From the NCBI RefSeq assembly GCF_001194135.2, contig NC_068982.1, positions 125,098,542-125,133,544 on the forward strand: a stretch of DNA of 35,003 nucleotides, given 5' to 3'. This DNA is from Octopus bimaculoides. Taxonomy: Eukaryota. A model generated the notes under the pieces. It did not search any database, was not told where the DNA came from, and saw nothing but the letters and a program-made list of their open reading frames with translations. A program made the position numbers and the translations under genes. Shown one piece after another: positions 1-10,539 of the stretch; positions within the stretch are counted from its first letter, which is position 1, and each line of letters begins with the position of its first letter.

Positions 1-17
1 TATATATTTATATTTAT

Positions 18-400
18 TAGCTGTGTGCAAAGAAGTCTGCTTCCCAATCACTTGGCTTCGGGTTCAGTCCCACTGCATGACATTTGACCGAATGTCTTAT
101 TTTACGGTAGCCTCAGGCCAACCAAAAGCTTGTGAGTGGATTTGGTAGACGGAAACTGAAAGAAACCTGTTGCATATATATATATGTGTGTGTGTGTGTA
201 TGTATATTTATATGTATGTACGTATGTAAGTGTATATGTATGTATGTATGTCTGTGTGTCTCCACCCCACTGCTTGTTTATTGATGCTGGTGTGTTTACG
301 TCCCCATAACCTAGTAGTTCAACAAAAGAGACTGAAAGAGTAAGTACCAGTCTTCAAATAGATAAATAAATAAGTATTGGAATGGATTCATTCGACTAAT
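18..400 (+). mobile_element. tRNA-derived SINE, family A (head + internal TA/TG microsatellite + tail)
   Basis: Head GCTGTGTGC..AAG..GCTTCCCAA..GGGTTCAGTCCC (A/B-box-like) and core TTGTGAGTGGATTTGGTAGACGGAAACTGAAAGAA. An RY microsatellite at ~175-250 is followed by the tail GCTGGTGTGTTTACGTCCCC..AAAAGAGAC..TAAGTACCAG. Many copies occur in the window. Confidence 0.85.
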
Positions 401-831
401 TGTCACCTGGGGCAGACTTCCTTCTATCCTCAGCTCCTAGCTACGCTACTGCGTCTCGGTGTCGATAAAATAAAGTACCAGTCATGTATTAGTGTTGTTA
501 CAATCGACTGGTCCCTTCACACAAAATTTGAAACAGTGTATCTATGTAAGAAAACCAATTTAGTGAGTTTTTGTTTTATCCTTTATAAACTGATTGACTG
601 CTCGAGTATTATCAGGTTCAAGCTCACTCTTTGCTTGTGTGCTTATTAGTTATAAAGTGACTGATTACTTCTGCCGTTATCAGTGTTAATCCTGTTATAG
701 TATGCCAATTAGATTTCACTTTCTGGCGGCAATTACGAGATTATAAAGTAATTTAACCATTTGACCGAAAGAAATGAATTTCCGGTTGTATTTTCTTACT
801 GGTTTCAAAGTTTGGCACAAAGCCAGAAATG

Positions 832-1503
832 TATAACCTACATGAAAAGAAAGCAAAAATTAATAAAGAAACAGATTAAGTCTTGAGACCAAAACAGTAA
901 TTTATGTTTATGAATGTTTAATGTTCCAGCTAATTATGTTTCTGAAACGCAGATGCCCCTCCACTTTTATTCTATGCACTCGCAATTTGCCTCAGGTATT
1001 TTAAAAGATTCCTTTCTTAGTTTAGAACTTTAAAATACGCCTTTAATTATTCAGTTTCAAGATATTTATCTATAAGACTGCTGCTTATTCTATCGACCAC
1101 GAAAGGATGAAAGGCAAAGTAGACCTCAGTGGAATTTGAACTCGGAACGAAAAGACGGACGAAATGCCGCTAAGCATTTTGCTCGGCATACGAACGATTC
1201 TGCCGGCTCACCGCCTTATAGCAGTATTTCTTTATATANNNNNNNNNNNNNNNNNNNNNNNNNNNNNNNNNNNNNNNNNNNNNNNNNNNNNNNNNNNNNN
1301 NNNNNNNNNNNNNNNNNNNNNNNNNNNNNNNNNNNNNNNNNNNNNNNNNNNNNNNNNNNNNNNNNNNNNNNNNNNNNNNNNNNNNNNNNNNNNNNNNNNN
1401 NNNNNNNNNNNAAATTAATGAGCATGCAATAGTTATTTTAAATCACTGCTTTGGTCTCAAGACTTAGCTTGCTTTTTTTTCTTTCTTTTTCATGTAGGTT
1501 ATA
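832..1503. mobile_element. Candidate MITE / foldback element with ~70-bp terminal inverted repeats
   Basis: 832-904 (TATAACCTACATGAAAAGAAAG...AAGTCTTGAGACCAAAACAGTAATTTA) is the reverse complement of 1439-1503 (TAAATCACTGCTTTGGTCTCAAGACTT...CTTTCTTTTTCATGTAGGTTATA). It encloses a family-B SINE and an N-gap. Confidence 0.6.
1075..1217 (-). mobile_element. tRNA-derived SINE, family B
   Basis: Minus strand reads GGCGGTGAGCCGGCAGAATCGTT...GAGTTCAAATTCC (B box)...CTTTGCCTTTCATCCTTTCG..GTCGATA. Same family as the copies at 3150, 4127 and 6045. Confidence 0.85.
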
Positions 1504-2834
1504 AAGACGTCATCAGCGAACGGTTCCAAGTATTTTCCCATACAGAACGAACGAATTTGTCACGTATTTGCAAATTTCGCTCTTACACAGACTTAATTTA
1601 CGCTTGTCAATAAAAGCTTTAAAACGTCTACATCAAACCCAGTGTGCAGCTCGTCTTCGATGTTTCGGTGATTTGTGTAACAGAGACTATTTTAATCAAA
1701 CAAAAGCTAATTTTTGTGCAGTGGTTTATTATCAATATTTAATTATATTACCCCGCCCAGTACCAACCTCTTCTTACATATTTGCAGATAAGTGATTCCA
1801 TGTCTCAATATTAAATTCTAATAGAAATTACTAAAGAAGGCGATGATTTAAATCATATGAAATTACATTGGATCTCGGTGCATCATCTGCTGCTACTTTG
1901 GCGTGTGATCTGCAACATAAAAGGCGATTTCTTAGGTTACTTTTAGTTTACTTTTCAATTTCTAAAATGACTTAACATGCTGATTACAGATTTTTTACAA
2001 TAAATTCTTTTGTACATACTTAGCATTGTAAATGTGTTTTTTCAAAATTCTTACTATTTCAATAATAATAAAACCATGTTCCATTTATGTCTTAGTAAAT
2101 AATAATAAGAAACCAAGAATAAACAATATAATAATTAAAATAATAGCGTAGCTCACACAAGTTTGTCAGCCGCGTGTTTTGCAACGTAAAGAAACAAGAA
2201 ACTAACCTAAAGTAATCGCCCTTGAAGTTGTAGATCACATGCCAAAGTAGTACCCATTATCTTTTATGTTTCTGTTCATTGATATAGTAAACCTGGACAT
2301 AGGTTTTGTTTTTAAAAATATGTTTAAAAATATACGTTTTGTATTCCTTGTTAAAGGGTTAAATATTTTATTTTCTAAGAAAAATAAATAATCTCTCTGA
2401 ACATCAAGTGTCCCTTGAACATTTCCTGCTTCTTTGTACGCACACGATGCCTTTTGTACGCACACGATGCTACCACCCAAATAAAACTGATGTGTCNNNN
2501 NNNNNNNNNNNNNNNNNNNNNNNNNNNNNNNNNNNNNNNNNNNNNNNNNNNNNNNNNNNNNNNNNNNNNNNNNNNNNNNNNNNNNNNNNNNNNNNNNNNN
2601 NNNNNNNNNNNNNNNNNNNNNNNNNNNNNNNNNNNNNNNNNNNNNNNNNNNNNNNNNNNNNNNNNNNNNNNNNNNNNNNNNNNNNNNNNNNNNNNNNNNN
2701 NNNNNNNNNNNNNNNNNNNNNNNNNNNNNNNNNNNNNNNNNNNNNNNNNNNNNNNNNNNNNNNNNNNNNNNNNNNNNNNNNNNNNNNNNNNNNNNNNNNN
2801 NNNNNNNNNNNNNNNNNNNNNNCTGTTAGAAACA

Positions 2835-3030
2835 GAGCGTCGGAACTGATAGAGCGTCAGAAAACTTGCTTTGCGATATTTGCTCCAACTCTTTACATTC
2901 CGTCTTTAAATCCCACTGAGATCTACTTTGCAATAAAACCAGTCACTGTACTGGTTCGATATATCGACTAATCTCCTCCTCTCGAAATTAATGGCCTTGT
3001 AACTTAATCAAAAACAATTTCTATTAATAT
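2835..3030 (+). mobile_element. Degenerate family-B SINE
   Basis: GAAAACTTGCTTTGCGATATT...AAATCCCACTGAGATCTACTTTGC...GTACTGGTTCGATATATCGACTAATCTCC..GAAATT..GGCCTTGT matches the family-B layout. Confidence 0.6.
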
Positions 3031-3149
3031 TCTCATATTTTTCCCCGAGCCACAAGACTCATAAGACCAGTTACTCGGTTTCCATGGCGTAGAAGTGACC
3101 TAGATCACAACTTTCTCTTGAACGAGACGCCGCTCCATCGCAGAGTTCA

Positions 3150-3333
3150 GGGGTAGTAATACTGAGAAGGGGATAAGTCAATTACGTCGACCCCAGTACT
3201 TAACTGGAACTTCATTTTATCGAAAAGCCAAGTTGACCTTGGTGGCATCTGAATTCAGAACGTAAGAAGCCGAAGGAAGTGCCACTAAGCATTTTGTCCG
3301 GCAGGCAAATAATTCTGCCGGCTCGTCACCTTG
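3150..3333 (-). mobile_element. tRNA-derived SINE, family B
   Basis: CGACCCCAGTACTTAACTGG..TTTATCGA..GACCTTGGTGGCATCTGAATTCAGAACG..CTAAGCATTTTGTCCGGC..ATTCTGCCGGCTCG; homologous to 1075-1217. Confidence 0.8.
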
Positions 3334-3703
3334 ATATTTTTTGTATCCGTCTTTCCCGCAACCCTATTTATAGTGGGTCTGCTTTTTGAGAAAAATCGGA
3401 AAAGCTCCGGGCGTGTATAGACCTCGACTTCTTGATCACTGTCGGATTATGAATTTCTGCACCAGAAAAGTTCTGCTGTTGTTCATGAGTACAAGCCTCC
3501 TCATCTCTGCACCTTCTATAATGTCGATGAAGGGAAAGAGAAGGTCGATACAGCTTGGCACCTGAGCCGTCGAAGCAATAGCGTAGATTAGTGGTGGGAC
3601 AGTCCAGCCCTAGTAACGTTTTTATGGTGTGGTGGGGTGGCACCTTTTGGGTCTACTGTATAAGTCTGTATAGGGAGCAAAGGAGGCACACATTCTGACA
3701 CAA

Positions 3704-4053
3704 ATTGGCAATATGTGGAACCTGAAGACTAAAACAATACCTGTTGTTATTAGTGCCCTAGGAATGATAGCAAAAGGGGCTGATTCCTACTTAGCTCAGA
3801 TACCAGGAAACCCTAAAATGGCAGAAATTCAAAAGATAGTGTTCATGGGACCTGCCCATATCCTTCGTAAAATACTGCTTATGTAATCTCAAATTTTAAA
3901 ACAAACTTATAATTTTCTTATGCTTTCTTAAACATTCTCTAATACTAAGTAGACTTATAAGACACCTTAGGCATAACACCAACTTGAACTTCTAACTTAT
4001 TGTCTCTTGAGGTCTTTGGGTATATATACAAAGCAAAAGTCAAACATCTAATG

Positions 4054-4116
<63 letters not shown>

Positions 4117-4126
4117 GTAATAATAA
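3704..4126 (+). mobile_element. 5'-truncated 3' end of an R4/Dong-clade (RLE-type) non-LTR retrotransposon with a (TAA)n tail
   Basis: 3713-3886 encodes MWNLKTKTIPVVISALGMIAKGADSYLAQIPGNPKMAEIQKIVFMGPAHILRKILLM*. This matches the C-terminal W..K..VIPVV.GALG...IQK....T.HILR..L motif of R4/Dong elements. A ~165-bp 3' UTR and a TAA array (~4049-4126) follow. The ORF is below the ORF-track cutoff. Confidence 0.8.
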
Positions 4127-4316
4127 TCCTTTCTACTAAAAGCACAAGGACTGAAATTTTGGGGGAGGGAGATAGCCGATTACACCAACCCCAGTACTCA
4201 ACTGGTACTTCATTTATCGACTGAAAAGAATGAAAGGCAAAGTCGACCTCGGTGAAATTTGAACTTAGAACGTCGCTACGCATTTTGCCCAGTATACTAA
4301 CGATTCTGCCAACTCA
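4127..4316 (-). mobile_element. Family-B SINE inserted in the TAA tract
   Basis: Full family-B sequence on the minus strand, with TAA repeats on both sides (4049-4126 and 4317-4334). Confidence 0.85.
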
Positions 4317-4589
4317 ATAATAAAAATAATAATGAATTACGCACGCACGCACGCACACACACTTATACACGCATACAGACAGACAGACAGATAGATTTAA
4401 CAAATGTGAATTTCTAATTTCACTTCTGTTGAAAAGCGTTTATTGTAACACGTGTATGTGTTTGGATGGTTTCATTTTAAAATTATGCTAAAAGCTTTAT
4501 TCGTCTGCTTAAAAGTCACACTAACTCCACCTACTACAACAATACAAATGTATTAAGGAACCATCTGTTTCTCATTTTTTTTTTTCTTC

Positions 4590-5025
4590 AGTAAAACACA
4601 AGCCGTCAAAAAACACACGAGCTGCAGTCAACGATTAGTTGAAGCTCCTGAACTTCCCGTTTATTGCGTGTATATGTATACAAATATACGTAGTACATTT
4701 GTGTAGTGTTATACGTAGATAGATTTACCTATACGTATACATATGCGGTGTGGGTGTGTGTCAAAGAGTTACCTCCCTTGACGAAATTCTCTCACTACTC
4801 AACAACACTCAAGTTATCCGTTGCTGGAAGAGAAGGATATATATATAACCACAGTTGTTATACTCCGCTCTTTTAATCCAATTAGATTCTTAATTAATGC
4901 CATTATTCCATGATATGAAATGTTGAAAAACACTTCCTTAAGCTGATAGCCATTTCCTACTGGCACTCGGACCAAGTTGTTCGTTTCTGATAGCTTCTGA
5001 AAAGAGTAATGGCCAGCTTCGAAAC
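4590..5025 (+). promoter_or_regulatory. Probable QSOX promoter / 5' UTR region
   Basis: Repeat-free, CpG-retaining stretch immediately upstream of a signal-peptide first exon, with an ETS-like CACTTCCT near 4930. The TSS cannot be determined. Confidence 0.4.
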
Positions 5026-5029
5026 ATGA
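5009..5029 (+). promoter_or_regulatory. Upstream ORF (MASFET*) whose TGA overlaps the QSOX start codon (ATGA)
   Basis: GTA-ATG-G at 5009 (G at -3 and +4) is out of frame. It reads ATG GCC AGC TTC GAA ACA TGA, with the stop at 5027-5029. It only matters if the TSS is upstream of 5009. Confidence 0.5.
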
Positions 5030-5284
5030 GGATATTCTATTTTGAGTCTTCTGTTCTGGCGTTATGGCTTTTGTTTCTCTTCAATGTTTCTCATTTAACG
5101 TTAGCTGAAACAGCCGGTCTCTACAATTCGCTGACAGATGATGTTGATGTCTTGAACCAAAATGATTTCGTCCAAACACTAACAGGATCTTCCAAGTTAT
5201 GGTTTGTCGAATTTTATAACAGCTGGTGTGGACACTGCATTAAATTTGCTCCTCTGTGGAAAAATCTGGCTACAAGCGTAAAAG
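5026..5284 (+). CDS. QSOX: Exon 1 of quiescin sulfhydryl oxidase (signal peptide + N-terminal part of thioredoxin domain Trx1); the rest of the gene lies outside the window
   Basis: Translates as MRIFYFESSVLALWLLFLFNVSHLTLA (signal-peptide-like) then GLYNSLTDDVDVL...GSSKLWFVEFYNSWCGHCIKFAPLWKNLATSVK. FYNSWCGHC..FAP.WK.LA..VK is the QSOX pattern, whereas PDIs have FYAPWCGHC. It ends at AAAG|GTGAGT (phase 1); from recall, vertebrate QSOX intron 1 falls at the same place. Confidence 0.92.
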
Positions 5285-6044
5285 GTGAGTAAAAAATATT
5301 AACTTTATCGGAGTAAAATCTTAATTCCTACCTAGGTTTGTTCTGTTTTTGTGAAACAGGCTGTTTGTTTTAGAGACGTATTTATGTACGCTTTTATTTG
5401 CGTAATGTTCGTGTTTATTAAATTGTTGTGTGTGTGTGTCTATGAAAATTAACTTATTTCATATTGTAATTGAANNNNNNNNNNTAATGTTCGTGTTTAT
5501 TAAATTGTTGTGTGTGTGTGTGTCTATGAAAATTAACTTATTTCATATTGTAATTGAAGATTTTAGTTAAACGTTCAACCGAAGATTTTTAATGAACTAT
5601 CAAATATGTTCTGTATGTGAATGTGTGTTTACATAAAGAAACAAAACAAAATAAAACACGAAATTCTTCATTATAATCAATCGAACGGGATCTTTGGTCA
5701 GCTGTTTGGAAAAACGCTTTCCTCTTGTGAAATGTTTAGGAATTCGATTAAAAATGTTATTTTTTTAAGAAAGACCCTACTGGTAATTCTATTTTTATAC
5801 TTTAGGAAAAATTCCAAAATGCCATTGGTTCGCTATTGGAAATGAACCCTTAGGAAATGATGCCCACGAGTGCTCGTGAAAACACCCTAATTCAACAGTG
5901 TATGGTTATGTTTATCGGTTTGAGTAGTTCTCTATTTTCCTGAACATTATACGTTGTAAATTCTATCAGCTCTCCATATATTGAGCTCCTCCTGTCTCCT
6001 GGCATAATCTTATTCGCATCTAGGATACATTGGACGAAAATAAA

Positions 6045-6170
6045 TTGAATATGGTACTTGACTGGTACTTTATTTTATCAACTATCATCGAAACGATGAA
6101 AGGCAAAAGTTGATTGTAAAAAAGGCCGTTAACTAAATACCATTGTGTATTTTGTCCGATTCTGCTAAAC
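6045..6170 (-). mobile_element. Degenerate family-B SINE fragment
   Basis: GTACTTGACTGGTACTTTATTTTATC..GATGAAAGGCAAAAG..ATTTTGTCCGATTCTGC. Confidence 0.6.
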
Positions 6171-7344
6171 CGATTATTTTTAATCCAAAGTTAACGGAAT
6201 ATGATTGCATACCTTTCCTTGCTAATATATATATTTATATTTTATCAAACCGTTCTATTATTTGCCGCTATCAAATTCTTGTCCCATTTTATCAAATTAT
6301 TTTTCTTGTGTTAACCAATGATAAGTTACCAATATTTAAGGAACTAAATAATGTTCCATGTCTGCAGCTATCAATACACCGTAAATTATTAAGTAGAATT
6401 GATTGAAGTAACAGAAAGGGAATGTAACGTTTGAGAATGCCCTTCGCATGAAAATAGTTAGTTACTGAGTAAATAGGATTGTTCGAAGTATTACGTTTTC
6501 CTTACCTCATTCACCACACACGCATACACATCTTATTGTATTATTTATTACTGTGAGACTATTGACTATGGACAGTAAAAGCTGTTTTCTTTATACCAGC
6601 TAAACAGGAACTGTCATGAGAATATATATTTATTTACTCACTTACTACACATAGTAATGAATATTCTGTAACGGTATTCCTTTCTTCATTTCACACCGAA
6701 ATGTATACTGTTTTTATAAAAGCTCGTTAACTGATATTTGGAAACAACTGGGAGCTAGGTTATCACCGATCCTGGAAATATGTACAGTCTTTTCATATCT
6801 CAATATTATTAAGGATAAAAATGAATATTTTAAAATTAAAAAAAATAAACAAACTAAACTCCTCCGGCAGAATATTGATTGGTTCAATTAAAAATATTTT
6901 ATTTTATCAAAATTTTGTTATCCTACTACATCTTGTTTATCACCGATCACAAAATACTGTGCACTAACCAACAAAACCAAGGTTTGCATTGACTTTTAAG
7001 AAACTATATTGCTGGTTTTATAATATTTAGTCAATTTGCAAAACAGCAGGACACCAATAACATTTAGTCCACAATAGAGTTGGAGTGAGAAATTGTATAC
7101 TTAAATGTTTTCTACCTGTGTCAATCAATATTGTGAGTGAACTTGGTTGAGGGAAAGTGACAGAAATCGGGGTGGGGGTGTAAGTGTATATAAGTATGTA
7201 TATGAGTGTATGCATATAAATGTACTAATGTATGTAAGTGTGTATGAGTATGCATCTAGGTGTACTGATGTAAGTGTATGTGTACATAAGTGTGTGTATG
7301 TATATATGTATGCATGTTTGTATTTAGATGTGTGTGTATGTAAG

Positions 7345-7660
7345 TCTGATCAGCCCAAATGGCTCTTGTCATATGGAAATGTAGTCTTTTCCAAGATCTC
7401 CAGATAGTGTACTGTTCATGATTCTCTTGGTCTGATGTAGGAGTCTGGCCCCTTTTCCAAACATGCAGTGTCAAACATTGCCACTTCCATGCTTGACTAT
7501 TGAGTTCATACATTCTGAGAGAAATTCTTGTCTTGAATGTCACTGAACATGTAGATTAAAGTTTAATTTATCCAACCAGAATACTTTTGACCTGTCTTAC
7601 GATATCTGATTCTTGTGCTCCTGGGTCAACTGAGTACAGGTATGCTGATTTTTCACAGAA
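7345..7660 (-). pseudogene. Tc1-like (DD34E-type) transposase relic
   Basis: Hand translation of the minus strand gives EHKNQIS*DRSKVFWLDKLNFNL...ECMNSIVKHGSGNV*HCMFGKGARLLHQTKRIMNS, then after a frameshift HYLEILEKTTFPY. This matches Tc1 motifs W.KVLWSDESKFNL, VKHGGG.VMVWGC and IMN...Y..IL....P. Not shown in the ORF track. Confidence 0.75.
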
Positions 7661-8149
7661 ACCTTTTCTCTTTTTCTCTATTTTTTTTTCTTTTCCATGT
7701 ACATGTAATATCTCACAAGCCCAGGCTGCTTTAGCTGAGTTTGAAACAACACACTAGAAATACCACACCAATCTACTTGTGATATTTCAGCTGAATCTTA
7801 TTCAAAATGTCAATGAGGATCATTTTTTGTTATTCATTGACATATAGTTGATTTATTTGTCCATATTTTCAGTAGATTTTGTGGTTTCCACAATTAATTA
7901 TTGTCAGAATAGCCACCAGTTTTATTAAAGATATATCCATGGCATGATTAACAACAGTTACTAGACATCCTAAATTCAATAACTCCATCTCAGAAAGTCC
8001 ATTTCAGCTTATGTAGTTGAACAATTCTTACTTCTGCCTCTGATGAGTTTTTTTTTGTTTATTTATCACAATAGATCTTAGAAAAATGTAATCAAGTGCT
8101 TATTAAATACTTCATCTTACATTCTATGGTGTTGTGAGAGTATATCATT

Positions 8150-8460
8150 ATTTAAAATCCCCATTCCATGCTGGTAAGGGTTGGTTGGTTTGATAGGATC
8201 CAATGGGTTCAAGGACTGCATCATTCACCAGAGTCTGCTTTGGCATGGTTTCTATGGCTGGATGCCCTTCCTAATGCCGGTCACTTTATAGTGTATACTA
8301 TTTTTTTTTAATTTTTTATGCCCTCAGCACTAGTGAAGTTACTATGCAGCTTATAAGACTACAAATCCTAAGGGAGCAGCTTTATGCTAGGAGAGGAGTG
8401 GTAAAAGTATGAGAGAAGGGGCCAGAGCAGAACAGGTTTGTTGTTGCAGAGGAACTGTAT
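8150..8460 (-). mobile_element. Family-C repeat (SINE/non-autonomous element with RTE-type 3' tail)
   Basis: CCATTCCATGCTGG..GGGTTGG tail, GGCATGGTTTCTATGGCTGGATGCCCTTCCTAATGCC core; reverse complement of the 8737-9290 type. Confidence 0.7.
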
Positions 8461-8736
8461 ATCTATAGATTTTTAGTTAGCACTATGTAAAGACAGATGT
8501 GAACACTTTGTATATACAATATCAGAACAAAGAAGGATTAATTAGACTTCCCTTAATCTTGGATTGAGATTTCCTCAGCAACTGTGCATCCTCTTTAACT
8601 GTCCATGGTGAGAAAGGCACAATTACTAAGTGCTTAGGGAAACTGAATCGATCAGTTTGCATAGATAATGAATTCTTGGCTGCAAATTTAATAGATTAGT
8701 CTCCCACTCTCTCTCCTTTTCCTGCACTTCCCTCAG

Positions 8737-8804
8737 GTTGGGTAACCATGTATCTCCTTTACAGCAGTGCATCTGTTTCTGTCTTCATTCTCTCTCTCCC
8801 TCTC

Positions 8805-8847
<43 letters not shown>

Positions 8848-9290
8848 AGGTAACCTCGTCTACAGCAAGACACCTGTTTCTGTCTCTTTGTATCACTATA
8901 ACCTTTCATCATCTGACACAAGATCATCTCCTCCAATGCCCCCTCCCCTCTCAAAAGAGATTATTTTTATCTTGCAATTACTTGGTGATGCTGTCAGTGC
9001 TGGTGCCACTTAAAAGTACCCAGTCCACACTGTAAAGTGGTTGGCATTTGGAAGGGCATCCAGCTGTAAAGAACCTTGCCAAAACTGACCTCACCTGTGT
9101 ATGTGCCACGTAAAAAGCACTAAGTCCACTCTGTTGAGTGGTTGGTGTTAGGAAGGGCACCCAGCTGTAAAAATCTTGCCAAAACAGTTACAGAAGTCTG
9201 GTTCAGGCTTCTGCCTGGCCGACTCCTGTCAAACTGTCCCACCCATGCAATTATGGAAGGCAGACATTAAGCGATGATGATGATGACTGT
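8737..9290 (+). mobile_element. Family-C repeat with (CT)n tract, internal duplications and RTE-type tail
   Basis: GGTAACC..ACAGCA..CTGTTTCTGTCT occurs twice around (CT)n. GTGGTTGG..GGAAGGGCA.CCAGCTGTAAA also occurs twice. It ends CCCATGCAATTATGGAAGGCAGACATTAAGCGATGATGATGATGA. Confidence 0.8.
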
Positions 9291-10009
9291 TCCTTGAACT
9301 GTTGTGTTCCCAACACAAGATTAAAACCAGTCTGGCTGATTCCTCTTTTTCCTTTTCTATCCATGAATATATCATATATAAGAACAGAGTGTTTTACATT
9401 TGCTTGTACATACAATGTTGACAAAAAGCTTCTTGACATATTTTGAACATTGAAAGAAAAACACTGTTAACACATCAGGACTGTATTAACATTAAAAAGA
9501 GAAGATTTTTAAAATGTTATTAAATTGAAGTTAATTTTTATGGTTATATAATACTGTCAGTAATTAATTGCTATATGCTAATTAAAATTTTCATATTTGA
9601 ACTTGCATCATTTAAAAAAAATGTAGAAAATTCTTTTTTCATTTGTATGTAGTTTGAATCTTAATTGATTAGATAAATGGAAATAATTAATGTTTAATTA
9701 TCAGTGTACTGCTACCTAGTTACAACAAAATGTCAGTCACATTTAGAAAATACCTTTGTTAGATAATGAAGGAAAGAAAAAAAGCAACTCAGTATTGTAT
9801 ACTCTTTGCCAGCGATGGTTACAGAAAGAGTTCAGTGTAATTTCTGAAGGAGTAACAGAAGACTAGGGCTTTAATGCAACAGGTATAGTGGGTGCACCCA
9901 TGACATAAAGCTGATGGAGTTCTTAGATGGCTCACTAGAAGTAGCAAGGTAAATTGCTCTCTGTTGATTTTTGCCAACTATGACTTAGTCCATTGAATTT
10001 CCATCGGAT

Positions 10010-10300
10010 TGGATTAGTGTGCAAGTGGCTGAGTATCCCTCTGACATGAGTAACTTTAATGCAATTCTCAGGCAGAATCAGCATAACATAGTGTGTGATA
10101 AGGCTGTACTATTGAACTACAGGTGCAGTCTATCCAACAAGCTACTACACTGTCACAGTTTCTGTCTGTCTAGTTTCATTCAATTTGTATGAGTTCATCC
10201 AAGAGCAGTGGTAAAATACAATTGCCCAAGATGTTGTAATCGAACCCAGGACCTTGTGATTGTAAAGTGAGCTTCTTAACCATTCAGCCATGCTGCATCT
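10010..10300 (-). mobile_element. SINE with family-A-like head and an alternative tail
   Basis: The head on the minus strand (GCATGGCTGAATGGTTAAGAAGCTCAC..GGGTTCGATT..CTTGGGCAA) is joined to a tail unlike other family-A copies (..GATACTCAGCCACTTGCAC). Confidence 0.55.
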
Positions 10301-10539
10301 ACTAGAATTAGCAGAAGGCAACTATATGCATGAAACATGTAATGTTCTATGGTGATATATGGTAGTATTGAAATTGCAAAGTCTGCATTGACTGAAGAAA
10401 AATTAATCTGTTTGAGATTAATTGATGGGCTAACATGTAAGCTGAAAAAGTAATATAATAAACATTTAATAGCCAGCATAAGAGTGGCTGTATTGACTCT
10501 GAATATATAATGCAGCTGCTGGGTGAAAAAGTTTTGGCA

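Noticed and set aside
2433-2472. 20-bp tandem duplication TTTGTACGCACACGATGC(CT) twice
   Set aside because: Two copies beside a gap; not a CRISPR-like array (no spacers) and no evidence of function.
3945-4283. Poly-Ile ORFs on both strands
   Set aside because: They are translations of the (TAA)n tract.
5403-5558. 72-bp direct repeat flanking the 10-N gap
   Set aside because: Near-identical copies (differing only in TG number) on either side of a nominal gap are a typical contig-overlap artefact.
7579-7645. Possible exon ending in TACAG|GTATG
   Set aside because: It lies within the minus-strand Tc1 relic, and its open frame has no QSOX similarity.
8036-8095. CTGATGAG...GAAA on the plus strand
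   Set aside because: The intervening sequence is T-rich and forms no credible stem II, and no stem I/III or NUH geometry was found.
8737-8849. In-frame G-W start after a strong acceptor as QSOX exon 2
   Set aside because: The sequence is family-C repeat plus (CT)n with no thioredoxin similarity. Kept only as a cryptic-exon finding.
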